Assembly: GCF_003918875.1 (NCBI RefSeq)
Contig: NW_025767080.1
Span: forward strand, 2,418,001-2,482,000
DNA from: Haliotis rubra
Taxonomy: Eukaryota
DNA length: 64,000 bases
Direction of reading: 5' to 3'
The notes under the pieces: model-generated
Told to the model about the DNA's origin: nothing
Databases searched by the model: none
Seen by the model: only the letters and a program-made list of their open reading frames with translations
Made by a program: the position numbers and the translations under genes
Part shown: positions 1 through 12,229 of the stretch, in pieces
How the letters are laid out: each line of letters begins with the position of its first letter
Position numbering within the stretch: position 1 is the stretch's first letter

Positions 1-935
1 ACTCATTGCTAATGAATGGTCATATTGATCACAAAGCCGAAATAAGAAACCCTAAAAAAGATCTAAAGAATTCGCTCCCTCACAAGAAAAGGGAGGCAAC
101 CGCTAGAGCAGCGAACCATCAATTATTTTAATATTGATCTTATATTTTGCCGCTGGTCGTTCAACAAGGTGACACAGGGTTTGGTATTAAATCCAACATC
201 TGCCAACAAATAAACCGTAAATAAAATCATTCACGCTTGGTGTAAAGAATGACAGTGGAATTGATACCGAAACGTGAGACGTGAACTGACTAAATATTCA
301 AATGCCTTTGTGATGCAACTAATTTCCCGTGTGATCGCTGGAATCCGCACAGGAGATCTCCCGTATGTAGAACAATAATGCACCACAATTAATGTTTATA
401 GTCGCCAAGTGGTCATATTGTTTGACACCAACGTAAACGACATGGACCACGTTGACTTGAAACAGTTCAAACATATCGGGACAATTCATTGATGGTTTTA
501 ATCGAATTATTTGGACATGCTCGGTGAATTTATCGGCTTGTAGTCGATTTTATTGTCTATTGCTTTAAAATGCACATTAATTCAATGAGAGGGGAAATTA
601 GCCTTTCAGTGTTTAGGTTACCTATTGATTGGGGCGGCGGTTTCCGTGTAAACATATGAACACAGTATCAAAACCTCGCCATTTGGTAAGTAACTAGATG
701 CACATACGCCATGGAATACCTAGTCAATGGACGTCATTGCATTCAACAGCAGATTTGATTTTTAATTATTGCATTGCTAATATTGTGAATCGATGCCATC
801 TTCGTGTAACAGGGATATCTTATTTTTTTTATTATTATTATAGGATATTTATATAGCGCACATATCCACGCACTAGTGCATGCTCAATATTTACTCATTT
901 TCAGGGCGTTTAAAAGAAAGCCAAACGTTTATCCC

Positions 936-1024
936 CATCCTCGATAATCTCCAGGGTATACGTTACGATCACTCTCTATAGTGGAGAGTGATCCTAACGT
1001 ATACCCTGGAGATTATCGAGGATG
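936..1024. mobile_element. Foldback micro-MITE (89-bp near-perfect palindrome)
   Basis: CATCCTCGATAATCTCCAGGGTATACGTTA...TAACGTATACCCTGGAGATTATCGAGGATG; arms are almost perfectly complementary. Flanked by GTTTATCCC (927-935) and GGTTATCCC (1025-1033), a 9-bp TSD with one mismatch. Confidence 0.75.
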
Positions 1025-1684
1025 GGTTATCCCTAGCATTTTGAATGTAAACAGTTTTAGACACACAGAAAGGCATTAAGTACTTAAAGTACGGTAGTTA
1101 CAAAATGCTTAATAGCAAAGTCATAGTTTAATCAAATTTTATCATCTGATGCCACCAACGTAATTTGTCAAAACCACAGAGGTACTGTTCTGTTCCAAAT
1201 ATGAGGCCCTTTGATAGGGCACGCAAATAACCCTTGTTCTGATCGAACAGTGGTGCACTTATGGATCCTCGGGGTGAGTGAGTGGGTAGGGGGGGGGGGG
1301 GGATATTTCAGGTTTGTCACAGCGTATCAGCTTTGTGGGGAAAAAAGGCCCGAAATGGAAGCAAATTTTGGCCGCTTACCAATTTGGTAGAACCAACGTC
1401 CACAGGTTTGGTGTTGACTGTCAAGAAACATATTCGGAGCGAACCTAATATTCGATTCAAAGACCAAAGGTTTCTAGAAGATTGGAGGGACGCTTATCTA
1501 CCGTCACAGACACATGCAGCGCCTCAGACGACACAACAGGCGGCGCCACTGACGACTGGTCAACACGTGGCTCCGATACAGATTAAGGACACAAAGACTA
1601 TCTAAAGCTATATGACTGTGATATGTTTGAAAATGGGTTGACTTATATTATTTAAAATAGAGATAGTGTTATACAAAAACAAAA

Positions 1685-2650
1685 TAGTCTGGATTGTCGG
1701 GTATCCGGATTAAGGAATGTCCGGAAAAATGACATTGTGCATCTTAATGATCCTCTGTCTAGGGTTAGAAGTGGCCGCTTTGAATGACACATTGTACATA
1801 ATCAAACATTAACACTGATTATCAGGTGTTTGAATTAAAGAGTGTTCTATTTACGAAATCAACGGAAAGCATATTATACACAGCTACAATATTTTGGATT
1901 GTCAGGTGTTTGGAATAAAATGGGCAAACACTACGAAATCGAAGTTTAGGGCATGGTATATACTGCAATATTCTGGATTGTCAGGTGTTAGAAGTAAGGA
2001 GAGTTAACATTACGAAGTGAATAGCACGTGGCACATCAACAGCAGTGAGGCACGTAACATGTCCGGAATAAGGAAGGGTGACATTACGATATCAACAAAA
2101 AGCAAATGTCATATGGCATATAGCTGCAATAGCCAGGAGTAAGGAGAGCGCGCATTCAAAACGTTTTCCATATATGCGTGTATTAATCTGGCAGTTTACA
2201 CAGTCAGGTGTCAGAGGTAAGGAGGGGCAGCCTTAACAGCACATGATACACGTCCACAGTCCGGCTATACGGAACATCGTAGGATACATTGTTATTGGAA
2301 TCGGAAAAATGGGTAACTTGATATAACAAACGATACACACCTGTCCGGAGTTCCAGGTGTTTGCAGTAAAGAGGATCCCGAATAACGGTTACATGGTTCA
2401 GACTTATAAATACTAGTAAGGTATTACGAAATCAGATACGGTACGTATCTGTAATGTTCCGGATTTCTAGGTGTCTAGTGTAGTGAGGGTCCGGAATAAG
2501 TAACAGTCCAAAGATGCCGATGCGTTTAGAGTAATGATATCCCGGAATACGTTAAATTGAAATAGTCCGAATTTCCAAGTGTCAGGAGTAATGAATGTAT
2601 GTGATAAATAAAGACACATGAAAAAGCATACACAACATGTCGGTTATTAG
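1685..2650. repeat. Degenerate tandem repeat (about 75-80 bp period where measurable)
   Basis: Recurrent motif T(C/T)(C/T)GGATTGTCAGGTGTxxGGA(A/G)TAAGGA...TTACGAAATC at about 1687, 1815, 1893, 1972, 2061, 2202, 2343, 2457 and 2565. Confidence 0.65.
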
Positions 2651-5600
2651 GCCCGGGTAATCCGTACATGGCAGTGTGTCAATTACTTGACATTGTTAAG
2701 TGACATAAAAATCCTGGCAGTTTGGAAATTTGGAATTGAGTCGGGCGTTCGATTAAAATACCAACCAAAGAAAAATTTCATTTGACTTTGTTCTCATCAG
2801 ATCAGATTCTCTCAAACATTCCTGTAAATACCAACTCATATTTCGTATATCTCTTTGTATGTTATCTAATGCCAAATATTACAGCTTTAAGGGAGGGCGG
2901 TAAACCAAAATACCTACATCAGACAAACCACTGATTGATAGTCTGAGCATCGTCCCGTCGAGGTTCGAAGACAAAATGTAAAACTATGTCCCGAAGCGTG
3001 ATAACAGATCTATTTAGTCTCCGCCTAAATTAAGCTGAGTCGCATAAGTTTCTTGAGACCGTTTTATTTCTAACCCGGATGTATGCATTTTACTTTATTA
3101 CGTTACAGTCGATATGTATAAAGGTAAGTTTTCATGTACACTCGGAAATTCATGTGTAACGGTTCCTCGGTAAGTGATAACGGTACACCTGCCCCTTGAA
3201 CACACTTCACGACAATCCAGCCAGCCGATGTGCGCACACATGTGAATATTGATTGAAGCGGCCTATATATGACTACCAACAGTGAAACTCAGCAAGTCTC
3301 GCGACTGACGGCCACCCAGACAGCACCAAAATAGGATGAACTAAAGAATTCGTTGTGCATTTCCCAGCTGGAGAAATGTGCAGTTCATTTGTGGTACGCA
3401 AAGGTACAATATGCGATTAAAAAACATACAATATTCACAATTACTTCACTTGATCTACTACCTGATCTATCGATCCACAGGCTTTATATAGGTATTCCAC
3501 GTATTCAAAAATACATAGGTATATATCACTCCAACTTCCTGATTATCCTCTCTCGGTGCATGTATTAGCTCTTGAATTGCCACAGTTATCCAGGTAGGAT
3601 TATGAGAAATTATGAAACTATAAAACTATGTGACTTAAACCCCTGAAGACAATAAAACACTAAGGATGTCAACTCAAACACGAACATGTCTTAATAATAT
3701 TGTCAAAAAAGTACATAAAAGATATGCACGCTTAATTAATTAGTAATTAATAAGTAGAAAGTGTATACATATATGCATCATGGATTCAGTTTTTAATTTA
3801 AGTCGGAACTGTTTGGCTTATATCATGAATCAGTTGTTAAACGCTTGTGTTTTCTCAAAGTTGATCGACTGCTGAGTTGGAAATTGATCGCCCATGATGT
3901 ATTTAACTACGATGTTTTTTGTCGCATAAAAAGTTGGCTTAACAAAGAGCCGAACCAGGATTCAACCATGAATCATATCTCATAAAGTCCAGACAACCGA
4001 TGAGACAATCGTAACAGAGGTCTGTTGCCACACATTGTGTAAAAAATGATTTATAATCCCTGTTAATAAATAGTTAAAATATTTAAGTCATAAATAATAT
4101 TCATTACGTGTTTCAAATTTAATCATTCAAATTCACTGATGCAGGTTTTTGTTCTACGTCATGATTAAACTAAACTACTGTTCAGAATGGTGTCGAACCG
4201 ATCCTACTCACTCACTCACTCTAGTTGCTTAAGACACATGGCAAAACGATCAACCTGGAATATCACACTTTTGACAAAGATATCTGTGTGGTGATCGTTT
4301 CACATTATTACAGCGGTGGAACACGTATAGTAGACTTCCTGTGTGAAGCGTCATGCCCGGATCTTCAATGTGACGATGAGACGATTTCCCTCCTTGTCTA
4401 TCCCATCGCCATTTAATTTAATATCAAAGAAGGGCATTGATTGCCCCATGTGTTAAGTTTGGTGGAATGTCATACCGCCGCAAACAGAACATTGTTATTG
4501 CAAAACTATAATTCTTTTGTCAAATGAATAATTTTAGTTCGAAAATAATTATTAACAATTGTTTAAAGTAGCAATACAGTGGTTGAAATGACACAGGATG
4601 AGTCGTTTTTAACTTAATTTACATCTGTCTATTGAAACCAATGGTCAGACTTAACACATAAAAGACGGGTATCAAATGTTAAATGGTTACACAGTTTTAC
4701 TCCCCCTCCTCAAGTGGACCCACATCCCCATTCCCCCTCAGCGTCAGGTAGTCTGGTGACTTGTCATTTTGACCAATTTGTTCAGTGATACTTTTCCCTT
4801 GTGTGGACTGTGACGTGTCATGCACCACCGCAGTCGTCATGATTAGCTTCATCAGTGATGGTTTGACTCACTCCACGTTAGTCATTTAAACACTACCTCT
4901 GACGTCTCACTGACTAATATTCCCTCTCTTTTTTTAAATAAAAGAATCATGGTTTTTAGCATGTAAAGACAATCACTTCACAACCATTGTTCTAAAATAC
5001 GTTTACGGAAAAAATATATTCAATATTCATAAATATGTAATATGTATATGTCAGTACGATTTTGAGATGAGCCATACACCAAACTGCATACACATGTACC
5101 TTAAACTATATAATTGATATTCTGTCTGTTTTTAATTTAAAGTATACCATTTTCATTGCTGGTGCAGGCCTTTTGCAACTGAAATTTGTTAATCAATTAC
5201 CCTTTGTAACAGCATTCCCGACTTCTTGCAAAAACAGTTTCGGTTTGCCTAATGAAACGATTAGGTAAATATCACAGTTAATACTCTTCCGAAACTCTAA
5301 TGACGGTCAGTATCACAATATTACAAGCTGCAAATGAAAAAGAATGAAACCTCTTTAATTCAATGTATCTCCCGGAGAGGCCAACGCTGGCTATAGAAAT
5401 TCAGACCAAATCAAACAAGGGCGCTAATAAATTTGCAATTTTGTCAATTTCTTTAAATTAGTCGGTCAATTCTTCCAAAATGTATTTATATGTTACACTG
5501 TCGCCATCAGCCGGTCGGGTTATAGCGCTAATTTTGTGAAGGGAAAAGAACATCTGTCCCCATTGGTTGTATTATGAAATATTACCCGTAGAGTATTAGG

Positions 5601-6479
5601 AAGCCATTCAAGCAAAGCGCAACGTGATGTTTTCATCTACTGAGCGCGCGGACCTCGGAGGAGACAACAAAGAGTTGCACTTGATGTAAACACTGAATGG
5701 CGAGCTGGCTCGTTTAATCACTACACTTTACAATTCATCATAACACACTTTATTTACTTTGAAATACCGGGTTAAATTGACAGAGAACTTAGTGACCCCT
5801 TTTATCTCCCCTACACTGATTAAGTACCTAAACACTTCCCAAAAAGAAAATTGTCTTCAATGTCAAACCAGCCTTGACTGTATTGATACAACAACTGGAT
5901 CATAAATTGTGATATTAAAAATCCAATTATGTTTTCATACACTCGATTACGTTTTTGCTAAATGTTGACCCTTTTATCTGTTTGGTGACCTATGAAAGGT
6001 TTCAGTAAATGACTTCATCTTATTACACTTTGAGAATGCCCTCGCCTGCATACAGATCAAACAGTGTTTCGGCGAATGTCATAACAAACTCAGAAACTTG
6101 AAAATGCAATATGTATTTGTCTTTAAATGCACTAATAAAAGCATTATCCGATTTAAAATTATGTTAAATAATTCTAATACTGTTCCATTAAAATGTCAAG
6201 ATTTACAGTGTTAATATATTGTGTCCTTTTGTCCAATCAGTATACAATTCATTATGACAAGTTCAACTCTTTCACCACTGTTAGGAGAGTTCAAGTAGAT
6301 TAAGTGCTAAGATAATCATGTTATAATTACTAAACCGATTCTTAACAAAATGGCAATACAGCCGTCATAAGAGCAACCATTTATTTGATTCACAAGAGAG
6401 TCGATTGAACGATTATTTTAAAAGCGTCGTTTTTGGCGGCCCGTGTCAAACCCTCAGACACTTAAAGGCACTATTGACA

Positions 6480-6960
6480 ATATATCCCAGGTATCACGCC
6501 TGTCAAAATGTACAATAGTCACGTGTCAGGCAGCACAGGAACGCTGGAGAAAAGCGGGTGCGGTGCCTGGAAATGCTGACTGTTGGCATGGGAACCAAGG
6601 TGGGGATATTTTAGTATATACAATATTACTAATTTCCCCGGGACGAACAAAAAGTGTGCAAATTATTATTATTTTGTAAAATATGGGTATGTTGCCGAGG
6701 GGTGTTTTGGCTATCGCAAACCCGCATCGCTTTCTTTCTTCCGCTCAGATTTATTTCTGGTAGCGCGTGCCTTACATATAGACATGCCAATGTTTCTGTA
6801 TTGATGTGATTGTGTATAGCACACGCACGGCGGACAGGCAGGCGACATCGGTCGACCTCAGGGAGCAGGTGCACGTTTCAGGTAGCGCGGAGGTTAGGTA
6901 CAGGGATTGAAGAGAGGGGACCAAGGTTTCTCACGCTATGTTTTTCACGTGACGGAAAAG
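6480..6960. promoter_or_regulatory. Candidate enhancer island
   Basis: CpG-rich patch with CACGTG, CGCGTG, GCAGGTG, CSL-type TTCTCACG (about 6928) and X-box-like GTTGGCATGGGAAC (6582-6595). Motif evidence only. Confidence 0.3.
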
Positions 6961-7869
6961 CATGGGGAAAGTATTTATCAAACACAGATACAGGAGTGGT
7001 CTGGTCATGTTTTCATTATTTGCGTCTAAGTTTGAAACGGAAAAGGAATACTTTTGGAGTATAAATAAAGATATAAATTAGGTGTCCTTTATCCAGCAAT
7101 ATAAACAATGGTTTACAATTTTCATATTTGTTACGACACAAAACATGAATAACATACCATTACAGACGTTCTCGTCAATTTTTCTTTGTAATAATATCAG
7201 GATGGTCGTAATCTCTAAATTATTCTTTTGTATTTAGCAGAGAATATTCAGATTTCGATTTTGGTTATCGGATTTCATTGATAGCAACCTCATTTTTTAT
7301 TTTAATTGACAATCTGGAAGTTTGTGAGTCAATAATGAATCATATAACTTTATGGATAACAACTTCTTATTTATTGCATAGCGACGTTTTGGTGTTGACT
7401 ATCTTTCGTATTTTTCATTGATAAATGCCCGCCTGCTGTATTTCTTTATATCAGTTTGACGACAGCTCTTTTCACATCTATTCAACAATCGTTTTACTTC
7501 TTTCACGCATTAATGTAAATTGGTTTTATTTTCATCTTTGATTTAAATATATATTACAAGATTTACATCCACTTGTGACGCCTTGAATTGTGATAAAATT
7601 TCAGCTGCCGCCAATAGCAATGAAAAGCGTATCAGATAGTCGTACGTTTCTTCATACGCTCAGAGATTCTTTGAAGCAAAACAATCGAAGTTTAGAACAG
7701 CGGCAACGTTTCATCAACGCCATAAATATAAAAATGTGAAATACAATATTCCGCCCCGGTATCAATAGACGGGGTCTGATACCGATGAACGCCAATCAAG
7801 TATAGCATGAATTTTGAACCGCTTGACTGACAACCGATTAAGCCTCAGTAGTGTCAATAGACTTGTAGA

Positions 7870-8280
7870 ACAATACACGTGCGTTATGACAGCGTGCGGC
7901 ACGAGCCAAAGTTCTCAGCGCGGCAGCTGGCCCAAACACCTGGACCAAAGGAGCGCGTTCTATCAAACTTACCGCCTAGCGATTTGATTGGTTCTCAGAC
8001 TATAGGTTTTTGCGCGTGCTGAGAACAATCTGTGCACGAGCAATGTAATTCTTGCCCTACACGGGGGAAACGCCCATCTCTCGGGTATCTGGTCCAGAAG
8101 GGGCGTTCTCACGCAAGACAAAGGCAGTTGTGCACGACTCTGCGAATGTGCTGGAATTAAGGGTTGTTTACATCGCTACCCGCATTTCGAACGAAATCAC
8201 AATTTAAATTTCAGAAACACGCGCACGCACGTTGGTATCGCCATGGTAACGTCGTTCCCATTTTGGCATCGCGTGAATTT
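7870..8280. promoter_or_regulatory. Candidate enhancer island (HES class-C/N-box, CSL and X-box motifs)
   Basis: CACGTG 7876, GGCACGAG 7898, CAGCTG 7924, CGCGTG 8013, CACGAG 8035, TTCTCACG 8106, CACGCG 8218, ATCGCCATGGTAAC 8237, CGCGTG 8270. Confidence 0.4.
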
Positions 8281-8929
8281 TACACTGAGAGCCAATATTT
8301 GAAATTTTGAACGTTTTGCTACAAAGGAATACAAAAAAAGTATTATGAGATTTTTAAAATAGGCTTTTGATTCGTTTTGTTTCATTTTATTGTATGGACA
8401 CGAATGGAATGATATTTATACGAAATATTGAAAAATACACAATGACACATAAATCAATCTAAACTGAACTGTTAATCGATTTGATTATCTAAAGCGAAGC
8501 GTAAGTATCATTGGTGGCTAAACTGTTAATCTCCACAATATGTAAATACCGTAAATACCAGCTTAATTCTGTGAATGAGGTATTTATCCACGATGTGTTT
8601 CGAACACAAAACCTCTATAGTATCAATGGCATGTGCCAAACACCGTACAAAGATTGGTAATGGCATTTGAACATGGTTTCAATGATTGTGCTGATGACAT
8701 GACCTTGTGATATCGCCAGCATGCGAAGCTATCTGCCAAACTGGAATACCGACGGTATGTTTGTTATACACCTTTTCACCCGACTCAACACCCACACTAC
8801 CCCCACCCCTGACCACAACCACCTCGACTCCCAGCCATGTCAGTGACACCGAAATGTGATTATGAAGTATCAGTTTATATATATAAATAGTCTGAAACCA
8901 ACAAACCTCCATGGCTACATACTCCCATG

Positions 8930-9038
8930 CCTGGTCCAGACTCGAATACTTACGGACCGACGCCATATAGTTGGAATATTTCTGAGTGCGGCGTTAAACA
9001 ACAAATAAACCAACCAACCACCCACCCAACCAACCAGC
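8930..9038 (+). mobile_element. SINE family B, 3' fragment
   Basis: CTGGTCCAGACTCGA...CGCCATATAGTTGGAATATTTCTGAGTGCGGCGTTAAACAACAAA followed by an (AACC)n tail; matches the 45993-46222 copy. Confidence 0.8.
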
Positions 9039-9857
9039 CATTGTGATTAAAATGCAGAGAAAGTACATATACTATCTGCAGACATAACTGAAGTAACCTC
9101 AGTGCGGATTTTACCCAATAAAACTATGGGCTGACATGTCCAGCTTGTACTATAAACAGAAATGCGTAGCACTTAACTTGAATTAAAGGAGGTTTTCCAA
9201 ATTTACAAATAATTTTTATGGCGATAACAAATTATCACAGCATAGCAACATTTTGAAATTGAAGTCTGGTCAAAAATCAATATTAGCTACTACACGATTC
9301 AATCAATTACATCTTTCACTGTAATTAGTAATTACACATCCGAACCCCCGTGTTCTGCCTTTACTGGCGTGTCTACAATATTTTCCCGCAGATAATGTAT
9401 TTATTTAGTCTTTAGCATTTTTTAAAGATCAATTTCCAAGCGAATTAAATCCTTACTACTCTGGCTATTAAATTGTAACATATTAGTTCGACTGCACAGT
9501 ATACATATTTCCATACACTGATGTTGATGTAATAAAGCCGAACGTGTACATGTCATTGCTGGCAGTGGATTAAGGTGAGAATCTCCTGGGTGGTTCACTT
9601 TTTTCAACTTAAATTTTGCTTTTTCAATGAAACGCCTTTATGTGGGCATTATTACTAAATGTTTTTGATATTTTAGACTAAACTGGGGGAAAGGAAGGTG
9701 CACGCTTGAAAATGGATTGGACAAACTAATTTACAAACGTTGTGAAAACGTCACTAGGCTGAAAACAGTCGGCAAAACACGGCAAGCGTATGTCTAAAAC
9801 ATCGCTATGATACCCGTAGTACAAATGTCACCACCGAATAACAGTTTGTTACTTGTT

Positions 9858-10111
9858 TTATTCCCGACCGCGTCATACCAAAAGACGTTAAAATATGGTA
9901 CTTGTTGGTCCCTGCCTGGCGCTCCGCATTAATGGCTACAACAAGGACTGGTCGGCTCGGAGTCAGTATAATGTGTCTGAGTGGGGTATTCATGCTTCAC
10001 TGCGGCATGTCATCTCAGTGGGCTAGCACTATAATACACACGCATGCACGTCGTCATATGAGCGAAATATTCTCAAGCACGACGTTAAACCCAATTTCAC
10101 CTCACCTCACC
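9858..10111 (+). mobile_element. SINE family C (resembles Meta-domain mollusc SINEs)
   Basis: Body GACTGGTCGGCTCGGAGTCAGTATAATGTGTCTGAGTGG...CAGTGGGCTAGCACTATAA; tail CGACGTTAAACCCAATTT(CACCT)n. An inverted copy lies at 39125-39294. Confidence 0.75.
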
Positions 10112-11190
10112 TACAGTCACCATCACACCTGGATGTCCAACGGTAACATTCAGGTAACGTGAAGTGAAGAATCTCCGCCTACCTGTGAATACAAGTTTCC
10201 GCCAACTGAACGTATAGCATTGTAATAGATAAGACAGTTGGTATGTTACAGTCATGTTGACGCCTCAGGTTCAAGGAACTGTTGTTGAAAGACGGAACTA
10301 ACTATCCATATTTTTTTGCTTGTTTGGTTGCATGAAATGTGGTTTATTGCTAACACCGCCATTAATAATACTTCAGGTATGCTATGGCGAATGTAAACAA
10401 CTGAATCTGGACTAGAGAAAAACAGTGATTGATATCATGATCAACACTGCGTATCCGATCCCGACAATAATGAACCCCATTGAGTAAGTTCCCAACCCAG
10501 ATTAACATAAAGTTAGGTCCATACTTAAAAATGTCCCGCTGTCTTGAATGGTATAAATGTTTTGTAATCAACCGTGTTAGATTTCCTTTACCACAGATAG
10601 TGGATATTGGAATATTCAAGAATCAGAATCCGACAACCATTCAGCCCCTGCCGTCGACCCTGACCGCGCGATCTGTCAAGTCAACCCTCGCACCAAGCAT
10701 GGATTGCTGGCCATGGGGACCCATTCCGAGTCTCCACTCTTCGATAGTACCAGATCGATCAGATTTGTTACACTTTAATGCATCGCTATTCAGTTTACAT
10801 TCTGTAAACATCGCCCTCTGTAAACCGGGTTAGTCCACATACCGATAACGTAGACCTAAGTGGACGGGGACATCACGTCACTCCGGACCCAAGTAATCGA
10901 GAAACCCTTAATTCTGGACACATTGTTCAGATCCGTTTACAGCCACCAAAACTCCAATTACTCCAAATATACGACTCGTTAATCCAGACTCTGTATAGCA
11001 GGATAATTTAACTGGAAACAATACCGTACGGATCAACGAGGTTCAGAGCATCCATAACTGTAAAAAAAATGACTTAACCCTGTGCACCCTAAAAAGACGT
11101 TGTTTAGGAATCGTGTTACATGTACAGAGACAATGTATGTTTGTACCTTGTATGCTTGTTGTACCAGAATTATCATCATACTGTCGATTA

Positions 11191-11358
11191 GGCGGTGGGG
11201 TAGCCTCGTGGTTAAAGCGTTCACTCGTCAAGCCAAAGACTCGAGTTCGATTCTCCACATGGGTACATTGTGTGAAGCCCATTTCTGGTGTCCCCCGCCG
11301 TGATATTGCTGGAATTAATATTGCTAAAAGCGGCGTAAAACTAAACTCACTCACTCAC
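11191..11358 (+). mobile_element. tRNA-derived SINE family A, full length
   Basis: Pol III A box TAGCCTCGTGG and B box AGTTCGATTCT; body GGGTACATTGTGTGAAGCCCATTTCTGGTGTCCCCCGCCG; tail GCGGCGTAAAACTAAA(CTCA)n. At least 8 copies in the window. Confidence 0.9.
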
Positions 11359-12229
11359 AGCCGATTACATATATTTCGGAAAATATACCCATTGTCGGAG
11401 TCTCCATTCAGATAGTGGCGTCATATAGAAGCGGTAATTACGATGTCATTAACTGATTTAAAAGGTCTAATTATTAAGTCTCAATTAGGACTTGGTCCTA
11501 AACACATATTTGCTTGATACGGGGAAATCACTGCGCTGAACGTATAACCAGATGAGTCAATGGTGAAGTGGACTTGGTCTCAGCTGTTGTATTTACCACC
11601 TGTCAAGCGGCAGTTTCACACTAGCGTTAACATAGCAGCATATCTTGGTGTAATTATAAATCCTGCAAACCTTACGCAGATCACAGATGGTTTGTGTTTA
11701 GTTGTAGATTCACAACTCGTCACATGACCTCCACGCGATAATTTTTAATCGATAATACACATGAATTTCTCTTTATTAGCCAGATTTCCCGCAGAGTAGA
11801 TAAAAGGCGGGAGAGGAAGGATTATTCATGAATTATTTGTACATGAATTCTTCTCGTCTTTTTTGCTCTAGGTTTTTGGTTGTAACAGTCGTAAATTGCA
11901 TTGTATCATGTGTAAACAATAGAGAACTGCATCTGCCGTTAATAATGGCATTGCCTTAAAGAGCATTGTTGCATTTATTACTTTTGATGAAGAGTGTATC
12001 GGAAATTTAAATTATGACGTGAATTTTTTTTGTCTCAGAAGATGTTATCGCCTTCAAGGACATGGTTTAGATTATGCCGGGGTAATTATGACGAAGTGTT
12101 TTTCGTGTGTATTTTTCAGTATTTCTGTCTTTCTTAAAAGAAGATAAATTGTTTTCAATGATATTCAAAACAAACTGGAAACTGACGCTCATGGTGCAAA
12201 CAGACGCAACAGTCGACCTTTGACCTCTG

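Noticed and set aside
11191-11265. tRNA gene (A/B boxes, GTC at the anticodon-like position)
   Set aside because: It is the head of a multi-copy SINE with a conserved body, tail and TSDs; the same applies to the other copies.
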